This document shows, piece after piece, positions 1 to 8,215 of a DNA stretch of 35,388 bases. Every line of letters begins with the position of its first letter. The stretch's first letter is position 1. The notes below the pieces were generated by a model. That model was not told the origin of the DNA and made no database searches. It saw only the letters and a list, made by a program, of their open reading frames with translations. Source of the stretch: a virus (Duplodnaviria > Caudoviricetes); the IMG/VR virus record IMGVR_UViG_3300020059_000007, positions 1 to 35,388 of that record; one strand, written 5' to 3'. Position numbers and translations under genes: made by a program.

Positions 1-1078
1 TTGCCGTGGAATATGCCAAACCTGTTGCAGCGGCAGAATTAACTTGTAACACCTGACCATTAATAGTGCCAACTGCTAATCTTGCATTAATAGTAGAAAA
101 TGCTACTAAATCACCTTTTGTCGTCAATGGTGAAATAGTATTAAAAGAAGTATTTGCATTAGTAACATCAGATAAATTATTAGCTGCTTTTAAATAAGTA
201 GCAGGTGTGAAAAATGGACTAAATGAAATTGCATCAACACCAATCGTTGTTACAGTTGCCGTTTCATAGTAAGTCGAACCAGCATTAACTGTTCCGGTTT
301 CTATAAATATAATATCACCTGGTTGTATTTCGGTTGGCTGATTGTAGTCTGTTGCCCTTGTTAAAACCCATGCAACAGCACCTGAACCTATTGTTGTTAA
401 AGTGTAGAGACCATTCTGAAATGATGATGCCTGGTCTTTAACTAAAATACGTGAATTAATTGCAGGCGATTGTCCGTCAATAGAAAATGCAGCTAATGCA
501 CCAGCATTTGTAAGTGTGGCTCCAACGCCTGCAACACCATTTAAATAAACAGCATTAAGATTAGCTGTTGATCCTGCTATAACGCCAGGGATTGGTGTAA
601 AACCACCTGCTGCTGTATCAACATAATTCTTTGTAGCAGCATCTTGGGCACTCGTTGGATCAGTGACATTGTTAATCTGATGCGAATTCATATTAAGCGC
701 TGATGCTTGTGCGCTTGGCGCAATCGAAACTGGCGTGAGCACACCTGTAGATGGATTAAATGTTATCTTAGTTGATGACACTTTCGCAGGAAGATTTCCT
801 GTATTTGTAGTGACCCACACAGGTAACATATTCGCATTAGTTGTTGTGTCATCTGTTATTCCAATATTCGTCGCAGTTGTAGTTGTAGTCGAGGTCGTAG
901 CCGTTGCTGCATTTCCTGAAATATCAATGTTCCACATCCCACTAGCATTTGCCTGATACAAAGACAGCATTTGAGTATTAGAGACTTGATAAGTTGTAGC
1001 AGCTTGGTCAATAGGATAAACATCTGACATGGCAGGTACTGTAACTGGTGGTAAACTATCTATGAAAATTCCAGCCAT
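1..1078 (-). CDS. Fibre protein, N-terminal part (continues across the window junction into 35388..34811)
   Basis: Not in the ORF track because it runs off the edge. Hand translation from ATG 1078 (AAGGA RBS): MAGIFIDSLPPVTVPAMSDVYPIDQ...DAATKNYVD...GVGATLTNAGALAAFSIDGQSPAINSRILVKDQ...WVLTRATDYNQPTEIQPG..., open to position 1. Clearly paralogous to 33062..34792. Confidence 0.9.
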   Translation of the reverse strand, partial: MAGIFIDSLPPVTVPAMSDVYPIDQAATTYQVSNTQMLSLYQANASGMWNIDISGNAATATTSTTTTTATNIGITDDTTTNANMLPVWVTTNTGNLPAKVSSTKITFNPSTGVLTPVSIAPSAQASALNMNSHQINNVTDPTSAQDAATKNYVDTAAGGFTPIPGVIAGSTANLNAVYLNGVAGVGATLTNAGALAAFSIDGQSPAINSRILVKDQASSFQNGLYTLTTIGSGAVAWVLTRATDYNQPTEIQPGDIIFIETGTVNAGSTYYETATVTTIGVDAISFSPFFTPATYLKAANNLSDVTNANTSFNTISPLTTKGDLVAFSTINARLAVGTINGQVLQVNSAAATGLAYSTA

Positions 1079-1087
1079 CTCAAATCC

Positions 1088-1234
1088 TTATGGTTGCTGA
1101 ACCTGAATGTTTTGCGATAAATGGGTCATGATATTTAAATTGGTATGCGTGATCAGCTCTAATGGCAATAAAACAGCTTCAGTAAAAGCCTGATAAACAA
1201 TAATCGGTATAAATCCACCACCCCAGAGACTCAT
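1088..1234 (-). CDS. Small virion-module protein, 48 aa (MSLWGGGFIPIIVYQAFTEAVLLPLELITHTNLNIMTHLSQNIQVQQP)
   Basis: Hand-translated ORF with GGAG RBS, filling the gap between two fibre genes. Confidence 0.7.
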   Translation of the reverse strand: MSLWGGGFIPIIVYQAFTEAVLLPLELITHTNLNIMTHLSQNIQVQQP

Positions 1235-1253
1235 TCCATATTCTCCATCAAAT

Positions 1254-1281
1254 ACCTACGCCATCTTGTGACAGCGTAGGT
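1254..1281 (-). terminator. Stem-loop after the 422-aa fibre gene, possible terminator or attenuator
   Basis: Minus strand ACCTACGCTGTC-ACAA-GATGGCGTAGGT: 12-bp stem including 2 G-U pairs, followed by only a short U run. Confidence 0.5.
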
Positions 1282-1287
1282 AAGTGT

Positions 1288-2556
1288 TTAAGCAATTGTT
1301 TCAGAGAAACGCAACATTACACCATAGAAATCATAGGCGCTTGTTAATGAGTTATTAACAGTGATTTCTAAGCTGTATTTACTATCCGCTGTAACATCAA
1401 AAGCAGGTGTCGTTACAGTGCAATTTGTTACATAAGGCTGAGCTTGGGTTGCAGTTGCGAGCGTTGCAGTGATCGGAACAGATGTAACAGATACTGCGAC
1501 GTTATTAACATAAACAATGCGATCCAATGTTGCAGAATGCGCATCTAATGCCAAGGTTCCAATAGAATAGATAACATCAAAAGAATCTAATCTAAAACCT
1601 TTAGCAGTTGCCGCTACAATCACAGGGTTAATATCAACAGCAATGATGGAAGTTTCATCTGCTGCTGTATGACGTTTGACATAATTTCCTTGCGCGATTC
1701 TCGTTGTCGTCCAAGTCCCAGTCCCGAAAAGAACAACATCATTAATGCCAAGGAATTTTTGCTTCGCAATAATATTTGCAGCACCTGTGCTTAACAGGAT
1801 GTTTGCAGTTGCAGCACCTGGATCAGGGATTGAGATAACACTTGATTGACCCATGACTGCATTACGCAATGTGGTATTAAAAGCGCCACCAGCATTTAAG
1901 GCTTCAAATATAAATGTGCCATTTGCAGCAGTTGCAGGAAACGATATGAAATTACCAGCATCGCCTGAGGAACCTGATGTGATATTGCCAGTTGTTGATT
2001 GAATCGGACCTGCAGAAGTAACGCCAAAAGGAAATGTTGCAGTTGTCGTTTGCGGGGCGATATTTCCAGAAGTATCAGAAAATACTGGTACAGAATTTGC
2101 AACTGATGGACCGCCTGAGAATGCGACACCGCCAGCAGAAGGATCTGCATTAAAGAAAAGATCATCAATACCCAAAATTGCTGGAAGCGGCTCAATGAGA
2201 GTATAGAAATTGCCAGCATTTACAGCACCAGCGGCAACCGAGACGTATTGGCCAACCTTTAATTGTTCAATGCTTTGTTGATCGGCTGCACGTTGTAAAA
2301 CAACGGTTGCAGCAATGAGTTTAACGATATAAATGCCATTTTCGTTATCATTGGTTTGTGCTTGAAGTAGTACGCGATCACCAACCACTAAAACAACACT
2401 GTCTACTGTTAATGAAGAAGCTGCGATTGTAAGGGTTGCGCCAACGCCATCATTGCTTTGGCCATTATAGTAAGTGCCAGCAACATCTGTGGTTGCGACC
2501 ACACGAACTGGGGTCAACCATGGTGAAAACACAAATTGAGCTATAGTTGTAGTCAT
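1288..2556 (-). CDS. Fibre or head-spike-like structural protein, 422 aa
   Basis: Thr/Ala/Gly rich. N-terminal GVGATLT..VD..RVLLQAQ..ENGIY..LQRAAD domain is shared with the two other fibre genes. Confidence 0.75.
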   Translation of the reverse strand: MTTTIAQFVFSPWLTPVRVVATTDVAGTYYNGQSNDGVGATLTIAASSLTVDSVVLVVGDRVLLQAQTNDNENGIYIVKLIAATVVLQRAADQQSIEQLKVGQYVSVAAGAVNAGNFYTLIEPLPAILGIDDLFFNADPSAGGVAFSGGPSVANSVPVFSDTSGNIAPQTTTATFPFGVTSAGPIQSTTGNITSGSSGDAGNFISFPATAANGTFIFEALNAGGAFNTTLRNAVMGQSSVISIPDPGAATANILLSTGAANIIAKQKFLGINDVVLFGTGTWTTTRIAQGNYVKRHTAADETSIIAVDINPVIVAATAKGFRLDSFDVIYSIGTLALDAHSATLDRIVYVNNVAVSVTSVPITATLATATQAQPYVTNCTVTTPAFDVTADSKYSLEITVNNSLTSAYDFYGVMLRFSETIA

Positions 2557-2617
2557 TTTGAAATCCTTTTCAAATAAGTAACGTTACTTTCCATTTTGGC
2601 TTTTGGCCTGAAGTTAG

Positions 2618-2920
2618 CTAACTTCCCCATACAAGAGTGGTAGCAGTCGTTAGTGCCGTATTTATTTTAATTGAATAAATAGGGTGCCATACGCCTGCTG
2701 CCAATCCGATAAGAGTTTGTGATGTGCCATCCCATTTCATATAGGACACATTGCCGGTTACACCTAAGTATAACCATCTCGCAAATTCGACTGATCCATT
2801 GGGACCATATAATGTATCTAAAGTAACATCACCAGTTCTAGCGACCCCTGACATGATCCTTGTAGGACCAGTGTAGGCATTAGGGTCTAAAGGTGGTACT
2901 TGAACTAATTGAACTGCCAT
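2618..2920 (-). CDS. Putative head-spike base protein (resembles RcGTA Rcc01079-like family)
   Basis: Motif ARWLYLGVTGNVSY..DG..TL.GLAAGVWHPI..KI...TTAT.LV, recognised by eye. Lies upstream of the fibre genes. Confidence 0.6.
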   Translation of the reverse strand: MAVQLVQVPPLDPNAYTGPTRIMSGVARTGDVTLDTLYGPNGSVEFARWLYLGVTGNVSYMKWDGTSQTLIGLAAGVWHPIYSIKINTALTTATTLVWGS

Positions 2921-2934
2921 ACATAAATCCTTTT

Positions 2935-4563
2935 CTATAATTTAAGAAATACATTCATAAAAGTTGTTGGCTGCATTTTTCCGCCAGTTTGACCACTAGT
3001 ATTAAGTACGCCGCCGCCCTGTGGTGCTATAGTCACAGGATGAGTAGGGCCTGTCGCTAATGCCTCTGCAAATCCTGTAATGCCAGCACCAACACCCGCT
3101 GCTACTGTCGATCCAGCATGATCATGCAGCGGCATATCAGCCATCAAAATCGTTTCACTACCTAACCACTCACCTAATACGCGAGGAGTTAAACTAGTAC
3201 CAGAACCTGCTGCCGCTAATGCCCTACCTAGGGTCCTTGGTAATGTCAAAGTTCTATTTGCCAAGAAATCTGCAATTGCGCTAGCACCCCTTGCACCACC
3301 TGAAACCGGTGCAAAAGTATTACTAGGAACTGCATCCCAGATCGTTTTATATAAAAAGAAGGTATCTTTATTTGCGCGTGTTGCGCCTGATCCGACATTG
3401 CCAATACTAGTATCACAAGCAACCCATCCTAAAGGTGCTGCACCAAATCCAAGCATTGCAGAACCAGTTCTCACATTCTGAGCAACACCATAAATCTGAT
3501 CATAACTATCAAAGTCTTTATCGACTCCAACAGAGCCAAGATGTAAAATAGGCAAAATAAATGAGACATCGCAATTCACATTTAATGGCATCTCAAGCTG
3601 TAAGTATAGTCCATCATCATCAGTCTGAGTACCTACTGCACCGATGCTATTCCCGCCAACATTCGGCACAACAAATGAGAAACTAAATTTAGTCCATGTA
3701 TTAGTAAGCGCTATTGGCGCACCAACTGGCTGCCTTGTCCCACCTACACCACCGACTTCTGCTGTCGCACCAGGACTATTTCCATAGTATTGACGCGTAT
3801 AAAGTTGCAAATCAACATTAGTGGTTGCCATCCCAAATAATTGAAATGTCACTGTCTGATTAGAAAGATTTTTAACTTTCTGACAAATGGGAAATTGGAA
3901 TGCTTTATACAATTCACCACTTGATGTATTGCTTGAGACATATCGCACATAGTGTTCAGGTGTAACCCCATTAGCATTGAATGGGTCATCAGCTAGGGCA
4001 AACACTGGAAAAGTGATCTGATCAAGGCTGGCTGTTGAATTCCTAACAAAGCGAATATCAGGCCCAACCGCTCCAAATGTACCAATAACAGGCGTAATAT
4101 CAGCAGGCGTAAACCCCTTATGATTACTAGGGGCAATTACAAGATTTGTAGTCGTAGATGGTGCTGCCATATCGATAACATGATCAATGAAGGCACTATT
4201 AGAAATATAATTTTCAAGACTAATAACCGTCGTGATGATCGGACCGCTACCACCGCCCCCCGTAGGAGGTGAGTAATTATTAACAGTCCATAAGATATTA
4301 TCGCTTGAGTCTTTGGCCTGTAAAAAATATAAATCGGTTGGATCAGAATCATCAAACTTAAAATAAAACGGACCTTGGGTACCGTTAGCATTAAATATAA
4401 TTGGATTAGGATAAGGCGTTGTACCTCCTGCATCCGTATAAACTGCTTTATCAAGAAAGGTTTTAGCGCTCTTAGTATAAAGCTTAGCACCACCAGCCAA
4501 TGTGCCGATTAGGTTAATTAAATCCCATATTGGGTTTGCTCCCAATGTATACGTAATTGCCAT
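2935..4563 (-). CDS. Tail fibre with podophage attachment N-terminus and tail-collar-like C-terminus
   Basis: N-terminal GAKLYT..VYTDAGGTTPYPNPIIFNANG. C-terminal PLGWVACD..LTLPRTLGRALA..GSET..MPLHDH..MQPTTFMNVFLKL. Confidence 0.8.
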   Translation of the reverse strand: MAITYTLGANPIWDLINLIGTLAGGAKLYTKSAKTFLDKAVYTDAGGTTPYPNPIIFNANGTQGPFYFKFDDSDPTDLYFLQAKDSSDNILWTVNNYSPPTGGGGSGPIITTVISLENYISNSAFIDHVIDMAAPSTTTNLVIAPSNHKGFTPADITPVIGTFGAVGPDIRFVRNSTASLDQITFPVFALADDPFNANGVTPEHYVRYVSSNTSSGELYKAFQFPICQKVKNLSNQTVTFQLFGMATTNVDLQLYTRQYYGNSPGATAEVGGVGGTRQPVGAPIALTNTWTKFSFSFVVPNVGGNSIGAVGTQTDDDGLYLQLEMPLNVNCDVSFILPILHLGSVGVDKDFDSYDQIYGVAQNVRTGSAMLGFGAAPLGWVACDTSIGNVGSGATRANKDTFFLYKTIWDAVPSNTFAPVSGGARGASAIADFLANRTLTLPRTLGRALAAAGSGTSLTPRVLGEWLGSETILMADMPLHDHAGSTVAAGVGAGITGFAEALATGPTHPVTIAPQGGGVLNTSGQTGGKMQPTTFMNVFLKL

Positions 4564-4716
4564 CTAGTCCCTATCCTTGAGATCAAAAGGTTTAATACTT
4601 TCACTTTTACCACATTTTATACAAGTTATAGTAAAGCATCCATCATCATTTATCGATGGGCTTAGAGGATAATAATGACCATTGAAAAAACAAATTAATG
4701 ATCTAATGATTTTCAT
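4564..4716 (-). CDS. Small Cys/His protein, 50 aa (DUF1660-like pattern)
   Basis: Hand translation MKIIRSLICFFNGHYY...TCIKCGKSESIKPFDLKDRD. It abuts the next start codon. Confidence 0.55.
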   Translation of the reverse strand: MKIIRSLICFFNGHYYPLSPSINDDGCFTITCIKCGKSESIKPFDLKDRD

Positions 4717-4730
4717 AAAATATCTTTCCA

Positions 4731-5966
4731 TTATTGATTTTGGTTCGAATGACTTTCACTTAAAAGATTAATTAATTTATTTAAACCATATAAACTAGCT
4801 CCACCAATTCCTCCAGCACGAACCCATGGCAAAACCTTATTTAAAAAATTTCGTCTTGTAATTTCTGGATGATGCGAGCCTCTCTGTGCTGCAAATTCAC
4901 CTTTACTTATAGATCGAACAGCTTCACCTGGTAATAGTTTTCCGCTACGGTATTTATTGATTGCTTTATTTTTGGTATACGGTATTACTTCATCTCTGTA
5001 ACCAGTTTGCGTATTTCTATAACGTCCAGAAAGTTCTGGATGTTCAATACCTTGTGCATCAGTAAACATATTTGCTTCAATATCTGTTATAGCATTATTA
5101 ACAGCATTCAATTTGTCCCTTTCACCACCACTTAAAGATTCTCTTTCATTTTTAGCAGTCAATTTACGCTGTGTCTTTAATAAATCACGTTTTGCTTCAT
5201 GAGCTGATCTTGGATTTGGGTTGTTAATAAATTCATTCATAGAAATTACAGAATGATGTGGCTCGTTTGCTAAAATTCTTTGCAAATCAAGATGGGGTAT
5301 TAAGTTAGGCAAATTAGAACCTAATCCATTTATATCAGCTTCATTGAATATATTGTTGTAAGTTCTGCCATATCGTTGCTGTAAAGCATTACGTGTGTTT
5401 ACAACATTTCTCATAATTCCAGAATTAGTATAACGCATTGGATTAGCATAATGTGCAACGCCTGTTAAACCTGATAAATTAATAGAATTTCTAGTTAGTC
5501 CACGTAAAAACTCTTCACCTTCATTTTTAGGTTTCCCAAAAGTTTGATCAATCATTTGCTGTGTATCTTCTGGCATTCTGCCCATTTGAATTTTTTGATT
5601 AATATCTTTTGGAAAAAGATTTAAACGATTAGATAAATAATTAGTAATATCATGAGGCGTGTTAAATGTTTTTTGACCAAGCTCTGCGAGACCTGCATAT
5701 TGTTGAGCCATTGCGTTAAATGGATCGTTTTTAAATGTTGAAGCGGCACTTGAAATAGCTTTTGGAGCAGCTTCAAGATAGCCAGGAACTTTTTTCGCTA
5801 AATTAAAAGCACCCTTATAAGCATCTTCTGCCACTCGAGGTGCTGCAAACAAAATAGACTTACCTAAAGATTCAGGTTCTTGTTTTGGTTCTTCAAGAAA
5901 GTCACGAAGTGGCATTTTGTCCATTTCTGGATTTTGATAATCTTCAGAAAGGAAATCTCTTAACAT
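4731..5966 (-). CDS. Putative DNA ejection protein (P22 gp16 position)
   Basis: Synteny, helical composition and a C-terminal Gly-rich hydrophobic segment. Confidence 0.6.
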   Translation of the reverse strand: MLRDFLSEDYQNPEMDKMPLRDFLEEPKQEPESLGKSILFAAPRVAEDAYKGAFNLAKKVPGYLEAAPKAISSAASTFKNDPFNAMAQQYAGLAELGQKTFNTPHDITNYLSNRLNLFPKDINQKIQMGRMPEDTQQMIDQTFGKPKNEGEEFLRGLTRNSINLSGLTGVAHYANPMRYTNSGIMRNVVNTRNALQQRYGRTYNNIFNEADINGLGSNLPNLIPHLDLQRILANEPHHSVISMNEFINNPNPRSAHEAKRDLLKTQRKLTAKNERESLSGGERDKLNAVNNAITDIEANMFTDAQGIEHPELSGRYRNTQTGYRDEVIPYTKNKAINKYRSGKLLPGEAVRSISKGEFAAQRGSHHPEITRRNFLNKVLPWVRAGGIGGASLYGLNKLINLLSESHSNQNQ

Positions 5967-7198
5967 TAAATAATCCCCTTTGCCTTTAATCGTTTTTTAA
6001 CTTCATCAGAAGAAATTTTATATTTCTTTGCCATCATTTCAATTTCATCATCAGTCGGCTTTGGATTTAATTTGTTATGAACATTTTTCCTTATTTCATC
6101 ACCATTCATTTGTTTGTCAGCAATTTCCAATGCTTTTGTTTTGGTAATATGTTGTTCGTCCATAATATTTCTAGTTGCTGATGCTCTTTTAAGAAAAAAG
6201 TCATTCATATAACTAGCTTCAGATACTTTACCAAGCATGGTATCAATCGTATCTGAAGGGCTGGCTTTCATATTTTCAATTAAACGTTGCTCGCCTGCTC
6301 TGAACATACCTTTAAAATTAGAAGCCATATCAGTAACAATTCTTCCAGTTAAATCATAAAATCGACCAACTAATTTCTGTTGTTGCGGTGTTCCTTCTTT
6401 TGCATAATATGCAAATTCATGTCTACCAGCTAATGGTAATTGCCTCATCGCCATTGCCTCAGGTGAGGTAATAACATTCCCTAACTCATCAAGAGTTGTC
6501 CTCATCCCATAACCTTTTTCTATCGCATCATCGAGATCAGCGCCTTGTTTTGCGATCTGTTTTCCAGTTTCCTCTCCTTGCGCTTTTACTAACTTCAATT
6601 CCCCAGTGTTTTGCGCGAATGATTTACCTGGTGATGAGACCCCAACACCTTGATTCGTTTGTGGTATTGGTTGGTTGCCTTGAATAACATATGAACTTCC
6701 AGGGACTTGTTGCTGTCTTTGCTGAATAATTGCCGCTCTATCTTGTGGCGATAACGCAGAATTATTAAGCAATGGATCATTTTGCTGGTTTGGTTGTGGC
6801 TGTTGATTCTTCTGTCCATATCCAAAAATATTCTTAATCCCATTAACCACTGATGGAAACAATCCATTTTGCCCCGATTGAATTTGCTGTTGCATCTGAA
6901 GGCTATTATTTCCAGTAGGATTATTAGTACCAACATTATAAAGATATGGAATTGCGGCCCTTTTTTGTTCCTCTGTCATATTTGCAAGAATATCTTCATG
7001 ACCCATTAATTTTGCTAAAAATTGGGGTGCTACCGCATTTGCATATGCAGTTTGAGATTTAATTTGAGCTTCTGTTTTAGGTCCATAATATTGATTCTCT
7101 AGCATCTGCTTTTGCAGTGCATTCATGCCGCTCATTGCAGTGACAAGCGGTCCGCCAGGGCCAACATCAGCAACAACTCTAGGTAATGGTAATCCCAT
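5966..7198 (-). CDS. Putative DNA ejection protein (P22 gp20 position)
   Basis: Synteny. Gln/Asn-rich helical protein, translationally coupled to the next gene. Confidence 0.6.
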   Translation of the reverse strand: MGLPLPRVVADVGPGGPLVTAMSGMNALQKQMLENQYYGPKTEAQIKSQTAYANAVAPQFLAKLMGHEDILANMTEEQKRAAIPYLYNVGTNNPTGNNSLQMQQQIQSGQNGLFPSVVNGIKNIFGYGQKNQQPQPNQQNDPLLNNSALSPQDRAAIIQQRQQQVPGSSYVIQGNQPIPQTNQGVGVSSPGKSFAQNTGELKLVKAQGEETGKQIAKQGADLDDAIEKGYGMRTTLDELGNVITSPEAMAMRQLPLAGRHEFAYYAKEGTPQQQKLVGRFYDLTGRIVTDMASNFKGMFRAGEQRLIENMKASPSDTIDTMLGKVSEASYMNDFFLKRASATRNIMDEQHITKTKALEIADKQMNGDEIRKNVHNKLNPKPTDDEIEMMAKKYKISSDEVKKRLKAKGII

Positions 7199-7212
7199 AA
7201 CTTATATCCTTA

Positions 7213-7887
7213 TTATAAGAATGAGCCAATCATTGACCCAATTCCACCAAGCATATTCATGAAATCTGAACCTTCGCCAGCTTTTTGACCATAAGCTGCT
7301 TGCCCCATTTGCTGGCCCATATTGCCATACATATTAGTCAGGGAATTTGCAGCACCTTGGCCCATATTCATCATGTTTTGCATGCCTTGCCCATACTGAG
7401 TATTAATGCCTAACACATGCTGCAGCCATTGATCCATGTCTTTTGAAGAAATATTTTGTGCATTCTGTTGGGCAAATTGCATTAAAGGCGTAGAACCAGT
7501 GAGGCCAGATGCTGATCCCATATTCTGAGCTGCATTCATACCTTGTTGTTGTTGATACTTTGCATAGGGCGACTCTTGATAATTAGCCATTTGATTATTG
7601 ATAAATTGACTTGGGTTCTGCATTCCTTGCAGCCAACTTTGCATGCCAGGAATTGCGCCAGTGCCAGCATTAAGATATGGATTTTGAACATTTTGGGCTT
7701 TGTTTGCCCATTCTTGATATTGGTCCATTGCAGCGCCATAAGGTGCGCCAGAATCACCAAATAAGCCTCCTAAAAAACCACCAAGGCCAGAGCCAAACAT
7801 TCCGGCATTGCCGCCGAATCCACCACCGAAGCCGCTTCCGCTGCCACCACCATATAAAGCATTTTGAGCATATTCTGGCATTGCCAT
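7213..7887 (-). CDS. DNA ejection/pilot protein, P22 gp7-like
   Basis: Gly/Gln/Met rich, with a PY..AG..A motif and YQESPYAKYQQQQG..AAQN..SASGL.GS. Confidence 0.75.
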   Translation of the reverse strand: MAMPEYAQNALYGGGSGSGFGGGFGGNAGMFGSGLGGFLGGLFGDSGAPYGAAMDQYQEWANKAQNVQNPYLNAGTGAIPGMQSWLQGMQNPSQFINNQMANYQESPYAKYQQQQGMNAAQNMGSASGLTGSTPLMQFAQQNAQNISSKDMDQWLQHVLGINTQYGQGMQNMMNMGQGAANSLTNMYGNMGQQMGQAAYGQKAGEGSDFMNMLGGIGSMIGSFL

Positions 7888-7907
7888 ATCATCATATCCT
7901 TATGATG

Positions 7908-8213
7908 TTAAACCGTTGTAACAACTCTCCATGCGCCAACATCTACTTTGACCTGCCAAATCTGAATTTGGGCAGTGCGTGGAGGGCCGAGAATTGCATC
8001 TGTATTATAAATCATCTGACCTTCAATAGGCGATTGTATTTCATCCCTTTGCGCTGTCGTCATTCTTGGTATGAACATTCCATATTGACCAAGATATTCT
8101 TGTAGTGTTTCTATAAATGTCGCCAAGAAATCAGACCAAATATTACTTAAATAAAGTTCTCCATCTTTTAAGACGGGATCGTACGTCGGGAAATCATCAA
8201 AATCTCTCGCCAT
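7908..8213 (-). CDS. Small tail protein (needle/gp26 position)
   Basis: Probable start MARDFDDF at 8213, just after the hub stop. Contains PRMTTAQRD.I.SP.EGQMIYNTD, a motif of fibre-associated domains. Confidence 0.55.
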   Translation of the reverse strand: MARDFDDFPTYDPVLKDGELYLSNIWSDFLATFIETLQEYLGQYGMFIPRMTTAQRDEIQSPIEGQMIYNTDAILGPPRTAQIQIWQVKVDVGAWRVVTTV

Positions 8214-8215
8214 TT

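Noticed and set aside
735-956. Plus-strand 73-aa Val-rich ORF (also 33789..34244 and 34854..35090)
   Set aside because: Antisense shadows of Thr/Ala-rich fibre genes.
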